Source: the human T2T-CHM13v2.0 reference genome, Homo sapiens. From it: DNA of 64,000 bases. How positions within the stretch are numbered: the stretch's first letter is position 1; the number at the start of each line of letters is the position of its first letter. Position numbers and translations under genes: made by a program. The notes under the pieces were generated by a model, which was given only the letters and a program-made list of their open reading frames with translations, had not been told where the DNA came from and made no database searches. The stretch is taken from contig CP068257.2 of NCBI GenBank assembly GCA_009914755.4, positions 6,720,001 to 6,784,000 on the forward strand, in the 5' to 3' direction. Of the stretch, positions 44,001 through 56,500 are shown piece after piece.

Positions 44001-44674
44001 GGAATGGAAAGGAATGCAATGGAATGGAAAGGAATGTAATGTAATGGAATGGAATGGAATCAACTCGAGTGGAGTAGAATGGAATGGAATGGAATCAACC
44101 CCAGTGGAATGGAATGGAATCGAATGGAATGGAATGGAATAAAAGGGCATGGAATAGAACGGAATCAACCTGAATGGAAAGGAACGGAATGGAGTGGAAT
44201 GGTATGGAATGGAATGGAATTGAAGGGAATCAACCCGAAGGGAATGGAATGAAATGGAATGGAATGGAATGGAATCGAATGGAATCAACCCGAGTGTACT
44301 GCAACGAAATGAAATGGAATGGAATGGAATGGAATGGAAAGGAACGGAACGGAACGGAACGGAATTGAATGGAATGGAATCAACCCAAGTGGAAAGGAAT
44401 GGAATGGAATATAATGGAATGGAATGGAATAGCACGCAATCAAATTTGGTGGAATGGTATGGAATGGTATGGAATGGAATGGAATGGAATGGAATGGAAT
44501 CAACTGGAATGGAATGAAATGGAAAGGAATGGAGTGGAATGGAATGGAATGCAATGGAATCAACAAGAGTGAAATGGAATGGAATGGAATGGGATGGAAT
44601 GGAAAGGAATCAACCCGAGTGGAGTAGAATGGAATGGAATGGAATGGAATGGAATGGAATGGAATGGAATGGAA
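41045..44674. repeat. X/Y dimeric higher-order repeat, copy 1. X1 is about 41045-42634 and Y1 is about 42635-44674. Y1 has an ~0.87-kb deletion that removes module B.
   Basis: The Q-module start caacctgagtggaacgg...ggtatcaaccagagtggaatgg is read at about 41045, 42635, 44675, 46185 and 49185. X1 ORF 41210-41866 is near-identical to 49329-49841 and homologous to 44849-45445. Y1 ORF 42598-43554 has the same first ~22 aa as 46152-46469 at offset 3554; its downstream match to Y2 runs through ORF 46192-46902 at offset 3579-3590 (it also matches copy 0 at 1071-1652). Confidence 0.7.
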
Positions 44675-47600
44675 TCAACCTGAGTTGAACGGAATGGAAT
44701 GGAATGGAATGGAATGGAATGGTATCAACCAGAGTGGAATGGAATGGAATTGAATGGAATGGAACGGAATGGAATGCAATGGAATCAACTGGAATGGAAT
44801 GGAATTGAATGAAATGGAATGGAATCAACCTCAGTCAAATAGAATGGAATGGAATGGAATGGGATGGAATGGAATGGAATGCAACGGAAGGGAAAGGAAC
44901 GGAATGTAATCAACCCGAGTGGAATGGAATGGAATGGAATCGAATCCACCCGATTGGAATGGAATGGAATGGAATGCAATGGAATTGAACGGAATATAAT
45001 GGAATTAAATGGAATCATCCCGTGTGGAACGGAATGGTATCTAATGCAATGGAGTGGAATGGAACAGAACGGAATGGAATGGAAGAATAGATTGAATCCA
45101 AGTGGAATTGAATGGAATGGAATGGATTGGAAAGGAATGGAATGGATTGCAATGCATTGGAATGGAAACGAATGGATTCAACCCGAGTGGAATGTAATGG
45201 ATTGGAATGGAATGGAATGGAATGGAATGGAATCAACACGAATGAAATGGAACGGAATGGAATGGAATGGAATGGAATGGTATGGAATGAAATGGAAAGG
45301 AACGGAACAGAATCAACCCAAGTGGAATGGAATGGAAAGTAATGCAATTGAATGGAATGGAATGGAATGGAATCAACCCGAGTGGAGTAGAATGGAATGG
45401 AATGGAATGAACCGCAGTGGAATGGAATGGAATGGAATGCAATAGAATGGAATGGAATGGAATGGAATGGAATTCAATGGAATCAACCCGAGTGGAATGG
45501 AATGGTATGGAATGCAATGGAATGGAGTGGAACAGAATGGAATGGAATGGAATGGAAATGATTGAATCCGAGTGGAATTGAATGGAAGGGAAAGCATTGG
45601 AAAGGAATGGAAAGGATTCAACCCGAGTGGAATGTAATGGATTGGAATGGAGTGGAATGTAATGGAATGGATTGGAATGGAATGGAATGAACACAAATGG
45701 AAAGGAATGGAATGGAATGGAATGGAATGGAAAGGAATGGAATGCAATGGAATGGAATGGAATGGAATGAAATGGAATAAACCCGAATGGAATGGAATGG
45801 AATGGAAAGGAATGGAATGGAATGGAATGGAATGAATTGGAATAAACCCGAATGGAATGGAATGGAATGGAATGGAATGGAGTGGAATGGAATAAACACC
45901 AGTGGAATGAAATGGAATGGAATGGAATGGAATGGAATGGAATGGAAAGGAATGAAATCAACCCCAGTAGAATGGAACAGAATGCAATGGAATGCAATGG
46001 AATGGAAAGGAATAGAATCAACTGGAATGGAATGAAATGGAATGGAATGGAGTGGAATGGAATGGAATGCATTGGAATCAACAAGAGTGAAATGCAATGG
46101 AATGGAATGGAATGGAATGGAATGGAATAGAATGGAATCAACCCGAGTGGAGTGAAATCAAATGGAATGGAATGGAATGGAATCAACCTGAGTGGAACGG
46201 AATGGAATGGAATGGAATGGAATGGAATGGTATCAACCAGAGTGGAATGGAATGGAATTGAATGGAATGGAATGGAATGGAATGCAATGGAATCAACTGG
46301 AATGGAATGGAATGGAACGGAATGGAATGGAATGGAATGGAACGGAATGGAATGGAAACTACTGGAATGGAATGGAAACAACCCGAGTGGAATGGAATGC
46401 AATGAATGGAATGGAGTGGAATGGAATGGAATGGAATGGAATCAACACGAGTGTACTGCAACGGAATGAAATGGAATGGAATGGAATGGAATGGAATGGA
46501 ACGGAACGGAACAGAACGGAATTGAATGGAATGGAATCAACCCAAGTGGAAAGGAACGGAATGGAATGGAATGGAATGGAATGGAATGGAATGGAATGGA
46601 ATGGAATAGCATGCAATCAACTTTGGTGGAATGGTATGGAATGGTATGGTATGGAATGGAATGGAATGGAATGGTATGGAATGGAATGGAATAAAAGGGC
46701 ATGGAATGGAATGGAATCAACCCGAGAGGAATGGAATGGAATGGAATGGAATGGAATGGAATGGAATGGATTTGAAATGAATCAAACCGAGTGGAATGGA
46801 ATAGAATGGAATGGAATGGAATGGAAACAATGCAATGCAATTGTATCAACGGGAATGGAATGCATTGGAATGGAATGGAATGGAATCACCCTGAGTGGAT
46901 AGGAATGGAATGGAAGGGAATGGAAAGGAATGGAATGGAATGGAAACTAATGGAATGGAATGGAAACAACCCGAGTGGAATGGAATGGAATGGAATGGAA
47001 TGGAATGGAATGGAATGGAATGGAATGGAATGGAATGGAATACAACAAAATGGAAACAACCCGAGTGGAATGGCATGGAATGGAAAGGACTTGAATATAA
47101 TGGAATGGATTGGAATCAACCCGATTACAAACTAATGGAAAGCAATGGAATGGAATGGAATGGAATGGAATGGAATTTACCCGAGTGGAGTGGAATGTAA
47201 CGAAATTAAATGGAATGGAATGGAATGGAATGGAATATTACAAAATGGAAACAATCCGAGTGGAATGGCATGGAATGGAAAGGACCTGAATATAATGGAA
47301 TGGATTGGAATCAACCGGATTAGAAACCAATGGAATGGAATGGAATGGAATGGAATGGAAACTACCCGAGTGGAATGGAATGTAATGGAATGGAGTGGAA
47401 TGCAATGGAATGGAATGGAATGGAATGGAATGGAACAGAATCGAATCCAATGGAATCAACTGGAATGGAATGGAATGGAATGGAATGGAATGGAATCAAT
47501 CCGGGTGGAATGGAATGGAATATAATGGAGTGGAATGGAATGGAAGGGAGTGGAATGGAGTGGAATGGAATGGAATGGAATGGAATCAACCCGAATGGAA

Positions 47601-49184
47601 TGGAACGGAATGGAATGGAATGGAATGGAATGGAGTCCACCCGAGTTGAATGGAATGGAATGGAATGGAACGGAATATAATGGAATGGAACGGAATCATC
47701 CCGAGTGGAATGGAATGGTATGGAATTCAATAGAATGGAATGGAACAGAACGGAATGAAATGGAATGGAATAGATTGAATGCGAGTGGAATTGAATGGAA
47801 TGGAACGGATTGGAATGGAATGGAATGGATTGGAGTGGAATGGAATGGAATCAAGATGAATGGGATGGAACGGAATGGAATGGAATGGAAAGGAACGGAA
47901 TGGAATCAACCCGAGTGGAATGGAATCGAATGGAATGCAATGGAATTGAACGGAATATAATGGAATTAAAAGGAATCATCCCGAGTGGAATGGAATGGAA
48001 TCTAATGCAATGGTATCTAATGCAATGGAATGGAATGAAACAGAACGGAAAGGAATGGAAAGAATAGATTGAATCCAAGTGGAATTGAATGGAATGGAAT
48101 GGATTGGAAAGGAATGGAATGGATTGGAATGGATTGGAATGGAAAGGAATGTATTCAACCAGAGTGGAATATAATGGATTGGAATGGAATGGAATGGAAT
48201 GGAATGGAATGGAATGGAATGGAATCAACACGAATGGAATGGAACGGAATGGAATGGAATGGAATGGAATGGTATGGAATGAAATGGAAAGGAACGGAAT
48301 AGAATCAACCAAAGTGGAATGGAATGGAATGGAATGGAATGGAAGGGAATCAACACGAGTGGAAAGGAATGGAAAGGAATGCAATGGAATGGAATGGAAT
48401 GGAATGGAATGGAATGGAATGGAATCAACTCGAGTGGAGTAGAATGGAATGGAATGGAATCAACCCCAGTGGAATGGAATGGAATCGAATGGAATGGAAT
48501 GGAATAAAAGGGCATGGAATAGAACGGAATCAACCTGAATTGAAAGGAAGGGAATGGAGTGGAATGGTATGGAATGGAATGGAATTGAAGGGAATCAACC
48601 CGAAGGGAATGGAATGAAATGGAATGGAATGGAATGGAATCGAATGGAATCAACCCGAGTGTACTGCAACGGAATGAAATGGAATGGAATGGAATGGAAT
48701 GGAAAGGATCGGAACGGAACGGAACGGAATTGAATGGAATGGAATCAACCCAAGTGGAAAGGAATGGAATGGAATATAATGGAATAGAATGGAATAGCAT
48801 GCAATCAAATTTGGTGGAATGGTATGGAATGGTATGGAATGGAATGGAATGGAATGGAATGGAATGGAATGGAATGGAATCAACTGGAATGGAATGAAAT
48901 GGAATGGAATGGAGTGGAATGGAATGGAATGCAATGGAATCAACAAGAGTGAAATGCAATGGAATGGTATGGAATTGTATGGAATGGAATGGAATGGAAT
49001 GGAATCAACTGGAATGGAATAAAATGGAATGGAATGGAGTGGAATAGAAAGGAATGCAATGGAATCAACAAGAGTGAAATGCAATGGAATGGAATGGAAT
49101 GGGATGGAATGGAATGGAATCAACCTGAGTGGAGTAGAATGGAATGGAATGGAATGGAATGGAATGGAATGGAATGGAATGGAA
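44675..49184. repeat. X/Y dimeric higher-order repeat, copy 2. X2 is about 44675-46184. Y2 is about 46185-49184 and is full length, with modules A, B and B.
   Basis: See copy 1. Y2 retains the segment 46970-47820 (module B twice, at 47041-47138 and 47236-47332). That segment is absent from Y1, where aaacaacccgagtggaatggaatggac joins directly to tggagtggaatggaatggaatcaacacgaatggg at about 43375. Confidence 0.7.
46773..47138. repeat. Landmark composite module A-B in Y2. A second B follows at 47236-47332.
   Basis: A is read at about 46824-46903 and B at 47041-47138. Confidence 0.85.
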
Positions 49185-50340
49185 TCAACCTGAGTTGAAC
49201 GGAATGGAATGGAATGGAATGGAATGGAATGGAATGGAATGGTATCAACCAGAGTGGAATGGAATGGAATTGAATGGAATGGAACGGAATGGAATGCAAT
49301 GGAATCAACTGGAATGGAATGGAATTGAATGAAATGGAATGGAATCAACCTCAGTCAAATAGAATGGAATGGAATGGAATGGAATGGAATGGAATGGAAT
49401 GGAATGGAATGGAAGGGAAAGGAACGGAATGGAATCAACCCGAGTGGAATGGAATGGAATGGAATGGAATCCACCCGAGTGGAATGGAATGGAATGGAAT
49501 GCAATGGAATTGAACGGAATATAATGGAATTAAATGGAATCATCCCGTGTGGAACAGATTGGTATCTAATGCAATGGAATGGAATGGAACAGAACGGAAT
49601 GGAATGGAAGAATAGATTGAATCCAATTGGAATTGAATGGAATGGAATGGATTGGAAAGGAATGGAATGGATTGCAATGGATTGGAATGGAAATGAATGG
49701 ATTCAGCCCGAGTGGAATGTAATGGATTGGAATGGAATGGAATGGAATGGAATGGAATGGAATGGAATGGTATGGAATGAAATGGAAAGGAACGGAACAG
49801 AATCAACACAAGTGGAATGGAATGGAAAGGAATGCAATTGAATGGAATGGAATGGAATGGAATGGAATGGAATGGAATGGAATCAACCCGAGTGGAGTAG
49901 AATGGAATGGAATGGAATGAACCGCAGTGGAATGGAATGGAATGGAATGCAATAGAATGGAATGGAATGGAAAGGAATGGAATTCAATGGAATCAACCCG
50001 AGTGGAATGGAATGGTATGGAATGCAATGGAATGGAGTGGAACAGAACGGAATGGAATGGAATGGAAATGATTGAATCTGAGTGGAATTGAATGGAAGGG
50101 AAAGCATTGGAAAGGAATGGAAAGGATTCAACCCGAGTGGAATGTAATGGATTGGAATGGAGTGGAATGTAATGGAATGGATTGGAATGGAATGGAATCA
50201 ACACAAATGGAAAGGAATGGAATGGAATGGAATAGAATGGAAAGGAATGGAATGCAATGGAATGGAATGGAATGGAATGAAATGGAATAAACCCGAATGG
50301 AATGGAATGGAATGGAATGGAATGGAATGAATTGGAATAA
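49185..50340. repeat. Partial X unit (X3). Collinearity with X1 is lost after about 50340.
   Basis: 49329-49841 (+) is near-identical to 41210-41866, and 49803-50576 (-) matches 41749-42525 in its C-terminal part. Downstream of about 50340 the sequence no longer follows X1/X2. Confidence 0.6.
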
Positions 50341-51129
50341 ACCCGAGTGGAATGGAATGGAATGGAATGGAAAGGAATGGAATGGAGTGGAATGGAATGG
50401 ACTGGAATGGAATGCAAAGTAATGGAATAGAACCAACCCGACTGGAATGGAATGGAATGGAATGGAAAGGAATGAATGGAATGGAATGGAATGGAATGGA
50501 ATGGTATGGAATGCAATCGGATGGAATTCAATGGAATGGAACACAATGGAATGGAATGGAATGGAATGGGCCCCAATGGAATGTAATGGAATGGAATGGA
50601 TTGGAATGGAATGGAATGGAATTAACCCGAGTGGAATGGAATGTAATGGAATGGAATGGAATGGAATCAACCCGAGTGGAAAGGAATGGCATGCAATCGA
50701 ATGGAATGGAATGGAATCAATCCAAGAGGAATGGAATGGAACGAAATGGAATGCAATGGAATGGAATGCAATGGAATGGAATGGAATGGAATGGAATGGA
50801 ATGGAATCAACCCGAGTGGAAAGGAATGGCATGCAATCGAATGGAATGGAATGGAATGGAATCAATCCAAGAGGAATGGAATGGAATGGAATGGAATGCA
50901 ATGGAATGGAATGGAATGGAATGGAATGGAATGGAATGGAATGGAAATGAATCAAACCGAGTGGAATGTAATGTAATGTAATGGAATGGAATGGAATTTA
51001 AACAATGCAATGCAATGGTATCAACTGGAATGGAATGCATTGGAATCGAATGGAATGGAATCACCCAGAGTTTAAAGGAATGGAATGGAATGGAATGGAA
51101 TGGAATGGAATGGAATGGAAAGGAATGGA

Positions 51130-52729
51130 ATGGAATGGAAACTACAGGAACCGAAAAGAAAGAACCCGAGTGGAATGGAATGCAATGCAATGGAAAGGAA
51201 TGGAATGGAATGGAATGGAACGGAATAAAATGGAATGGAATGGAAACATCCCGAGTGGAATGGAATGACATGGAATGCAATAGAATGGAATGGAACAGAA
51301 CGGAATGAAATGGAATGGAATAGATTGAATGCGAGTGGAAATGAATGGAACGGAATGGATTGGAATGGAATGGAATGGATTGAAGTGGAATGGAATGGAA
51401 TCAACACGAATGGAATGGAACGGAATGGCAGGGATTGGAAAGGAACGGAATGGAATCAACCCGAGTGGAATGGAATGGAATGGAATCCACCCGATTGGAA
51501 TGAAATGGAATGCAATGTAATGGAATGCATTGGAATCAACTCGAGTGGAATGGAATGGAATGGAATGGAATGGAATGGAAGAGAATCGAATCCAATGGAA
51601 TCAACTGGAATGGAATGGAATGGAATGGAATGGAATGGAATGGAATGGAATGGAATGGAATCAATCCGGGTGGAATGGAAAGGAATGGAATGGAGTGCAC
51701 TGGAATTAAATGGAGTGGAATGGAATGGAATGGAATCAACCCGTATGGAATGGAACGGAATGGAATGGAAAGGAATGGAATGGAATGGAATGGAATGGAA
51801 TGGAATGGAATGGAACAGAATAGAATGGAATCAGCCCAAATGGGATGGAATGGAATGGAATGGAATGGAATGGAATGGAATGGAATGGAATGGAATACAA
51901 CAAAATGGAAACAACCCGTGTGGAATGGCATGGAATGGAAAGGACTTGAATATAATGGAATGGATTGGTATCAACCCGATTAGAAATTAATGGAATGGAA
52001 TGTAATAGAATTAAATGGAATGGAATAGAAAGGAATGGAATGGAACGGAATGGAATGGAATGGAATGCAATGGAATCTACACGAGTGGAATGGAATGGAA
52101 TGGAATTTAATTGAATGGAATGGAATAGAATGGTATGGAATCAACCGGAGTGGAATGGTAAAGAATGCAATGTACTGGAACGGAATGGAATGGAATAAAA
52201 TGGATTGGAATGGAAAGGAAACAACCCGAGTTGAATGGAATGGAATGGAATGGAATGGAATGGAATGGAATGGAATGGAATGGAATCAACCCGAGTGGAG
52301 TAGAATGGAATGGAATGGAATGAACCGCAGTGGAATGGAATGGAATGGAATGCAATAGAATGGAATGGAATGGAATGGAATGGAATTCAATGGAATCACC
52401 CAGAGTGGAGTGGAATGGTATGGAATGCAATGGAATGGAGTGGAACAGAACGGAATGGAATGGAATGGAAATGATTCAATCTGAGTGGAATTGAATGGAA
52501 GAGAAAGCATTGGAAAGGAATGGAAAGGATTCAACCCGAATGGAATGGAATGGATTGGAATGGAGTGGAATGGAATGGAATGGAATGGAATGGAATCAAC
52601 ACAAATGGAATGGAATGGAATGGAAGGGAATGGAATGCAATGGAATGGAATGGAATGGAATGGAATTAAATGGAATAAACCGGAATGTAATGGAATGGAA
52701 TGGAATGGAATGGAATGGAATGGAATGGA
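51130..52729. repeat. ~1.6-kb unit U0, which tandemly repeats the first part of the following ~3.8-kb unit.
   Basis: ORFs 51235-51990, 51329-51520 and 51510-51983 are matched at 52830-53309, 52924-53115 and 53105-53515 (offset 1595-1603). Confidence 0.65.
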
Positions 52730-55700
52730 ATGGAATGGAAACTACTGGAACCGAATGGAAAGAACCCGAGTGGAATGGAATGGAATGGAATGGAATGGAA
52801 TGGAATGGAATGGAACGGAATAAAATGGAATGGAATGGAATCATCCCGAGTGGAATGGAATGGCATGGAATGCAATAGAATGGAATGGAACAGAACGGAA
52901 TGAAATGGAATGGAATAGATTGAATGCGAGTGGAAATGAATGGAACGGAATGGATTGGAACGGAATGGAATGGATTGAAGTGGAATGGAATGGAATCAAC
53001 ACGAATGGAATGGAACGGAATGGCAGGGATTGGAAAGGAACGGAATGGAATCAACCCGAGTGGAATGGAATGGAATGGAATCCACCCGATTGGAATGAAA
53101 TGGAATGGAATGTAATGGAATGCATTGGAATCAACTCGAGTGGAATGGAATGGAATGGAATGGAATGGAATGGAACAGAAATGAATCCAATGGAATCAAC
53201 TGGAATGGAATGGAATGGAATGGAATGGAATGGAATGGAATGGAATGGAATGGAATGGAATCAATCCGGGTGGAATGGAATGGAATGGAATGGAGTGCAC
53301 TGGAATTGAATGGAGTGGAATGGAATGGAATGGAATCAACCCGTATGGAATGGAACGGAATGGAATGGAAAGGAATGGAATGGAATGGAATGGAATGGAA
53401 CAGAATAGAATGGAATCAGCCCAAATGGGATGGAATGGAATGGAATGGAATGGAATGGAATGGAATGGAATGGAATGGAATGGAATTCTATGGAATCAAC
53501 CGTAGTGTAATGTAAATGAATGGAATATAATGGAATGGAATGGAAGGGAATGGAATCAACCCAAGTGCATTGGAATGGAATGGAATGCAACGGAATCAAC
53601 CCGAGAGTAATGGAATGGAAAGCAATTGAATGGAATGGAAAGGAATGGAATGGAATCAACCCGACAGGAATGGAATGGAATGGTATGGAATCAAACCGAG
53701 TGGAATGGAATGGAATGGAATGGAAAGGAATGCAATGGAATGGAATGGAAAGGAATGGAATGGAATGGAATGGAAAGAACCCGAATGGAAAGGAATGGAA
53801 TGGAATTGAATGGATTGGAATGGAATGGAATTGAATCAACCCGAGTGGAATGGAATGGAATCGAGTGGAGTTGAATGGAATGGAATGGAATGGAATAAAA
53901 TAAACCCGAATGGAATGGAATGGAATGGAATGGAATGGAATGGAATGGAATGGAAAGGAATCAACCTGAGTGGAGTGGAATGGAATGGAATTTCATGAAA
54001 TGGAATGGAATGGAATGGTATGGAATAAACACGAGTGGAATGGTATGGAATGCAAAGGAATGGAACGGAATGGAATGGAATAAAATGGAATGGAATGGAA
54101 TGGAATCAACTCGAGTGAAATGGAATGGAATGAAATGGAATGGAAAGGAATGAAATCAACCGGAGTGCAGTGGAATGGAATGGAGTAGAATGGAATGGAA
54201 TGGAATGGAATGGAATGGAATGGAATGGAATGGAATGGAATGGCATGGAATGGAATGCAATGGAATACAACAAAATGGAAACAACCCGTGTGGAATGGCA
54301 TGGAATGGAAAGGACTTGAATATAATGGAATGGATTGGTATCAACCCGATTAGAAATTAATGGAATGGAATGTAATAGAATTGAATGGAATGTAATAGAA
54401 TTAAATGGAATGGAATAGAATGGAATGGAACGGAACGGAATGGAATGGAATGGAATGGAATGGAATGGAATGGAATGGAATGGAATCTACACGAGTGGAA
54501 TGGAATGGAATGGAATTTAATGGAATGGAATGGAATAGAATGGTATGGAATCAACCCGAGTGGAATGGTAAAGAATGCAATGTAATGGAACGGAATAGAA
54601 TGGAATAAAATGGATTGGAATGGAATGGAAACAACCCGAGTTGAATGGCATGGAATGGAATGGAATAGAATGGAATGGAATGGAGTAACCGGAGTGGAAT
54701 GGAATGGAATGCAGTGTAATGGAATGGAATAGAATGGAATGGAATGAAATGGAATGGAATAGAATGAAATGGAAAGGAATGGAATAGAAACAACCCGAGT
54801 GGAATGGAAAGGAATGGAATCCACCCGAGTGGAATGGAATGCAATGGAATGGAACGGAATATAATGGAATTGAAAGGAATCATCCCGAGTGGAATGGAAT
54901 GGTATCTAATGCAATGGAGTGGAATGGAACAGAACGGAATGGAATGGAAAGAATAGATTGAATCCAAGTGGAATTGAATGGAATGAAATGGATTGGAAAG
55001 GAATGGAATGGATTGGTATGGAAAGGAATGGATTTAACCCGAGTGGAATGTAATGGATTGGAATGGAGTGGAATGGAATGGAATGGAATCAACACGAATG
55101 GAATGGAACGGAATGGAACGGAATGGAATGGAATGGTATGGAATGAAATAGAAAGGAACGGAATAGAATCAACCCAAGTGGAATGGAATTGAATGGAATG
55201 GAAGGGAATCAACACGAGTGGAATTGAATGGAAAGGAATGCAATGGAATGGAATGGAATGGAATGGAATGGAATGGAATCAACCCGAGTGGAATGGAATG
55301 GAATGGAATGCAATAGAATGGAATGGAATGGAATGGAATGGAATGGAATTCAATGGAATCAAACCGAGTGGAATGGAATGCTATGGAATGCAATGGAATG
55401 GAGTGGAACAGAACGGAATGGAATTGAATGGAATTGACTGAATCCGAGTGGAATTGAACGGAAGGGAATGCATTGGAATGGAATGGAAAGGATTCAACCC
55501 GAGTGGAATGAAATGGAATGGAGTGGAGTGGAAAGGAATGGTATGGATTGGAATGGAATGGAATGGAATCAACACAAAGGGAATGGAATGGAATGGAATA
55601 GAATGGAAAGGAATGGAATGGAATGGTATGGAATGCAATGTAATGGAATGGAATGGAATGAAATGGAATAAACCCGAATGTAATGGAATGGAATGGAATG

Positions 55701-56500
55701 GAACGGATTGGAATGGAATGGAATGGAATGGAATGGAATGGAATGGAGTGGAATGGAATGGAAATCAGTCAAACCGAGTGGAATGTAATGGAATGCAATG
55801 GAATGGAATGGAAAGAGTGCAAAGCAATGCTATCAAAGGGAATGAAATGCATTGGAATGGAATGGAATGGAATCACCCTGAGTGGAAAGGAATGCAGTGG
55901 AATGGAATGGAAAGGATGGAATGGAAAGGAAACTAATGGAACGGAATGGAAACAACCCGAGTGGCATGGAATGCATTGGAATGGAATGGAATGGAATGGA
56001 ATGGAATACAACAAAATGGAAACAACACGAGTGAAATGGCATGGAATGGAAATGACTTGAATATAATGGAATGGATTGGAATCAACCCGATTAGAAACTA
56101 ATGGAATGGAATGGAATGGAATGGAACGGAATGGAATCTACACATGTGGAATGGAAAGTAATGGAATTAAATGGATTGGAATGGAATGTAATGGAATGGA
56201 ACGGAATGGAATGGAATGGAATGGAATCTACCCGAGTGGAATGGAATGGAATGGAATTTCATGGAATGAAATGGAATAGAATGGTATGGAATCAACCCGA
56301 GTGGAATGGTAAAGAATGCAATGTAATGGAACGGAATGGAATGGAATAAAATGGAATGGAATGGAATGGAAACAACCCGAGTTGAATGGAATGGAATGGA
56401 ATGGAATGGAATAACCGGAGAAAAATGGAATGGAATGCAGTGTAATGGAATGGAATAGAATGGAATGGAATGGAAAGGAATGGAATAGAATGAAATGGAA
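52730..56500. repeat. ~3.8-kb unit U1 (irregular higher-order repeat).
   Basis: Matches U2. 52830-53309 matches 56535-57008; 53520-53834 matches 57285-57674 (identical first ~35 aa, offset 3765); 54156-54344 (-) matches 57976-58194; 54357-54824 (-) matches 58200-58649; and module B at 54265 corresponds to module B at 58115. Confidence 0.6.
55761..56104. repeat. Landmark composite module A-B.
   Basis: A is read at about 55812-55890 (gcaaagcaatgctatcaaaggg variant) and B at 56004-56104. Confidence 0.85.

Noticed and set aside
50560-50580. Rare GGCC (HaeIII) site in ggaatgggccccaatgg, considered as the classical DYZ1 HaeIII marker.
   Set aside because: It is a single occurrence and is not spaced at about 3.56 kb through the window. 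This is insufficient to call DYZ1, so it is left as a low-confidence hypothesis in the findings.
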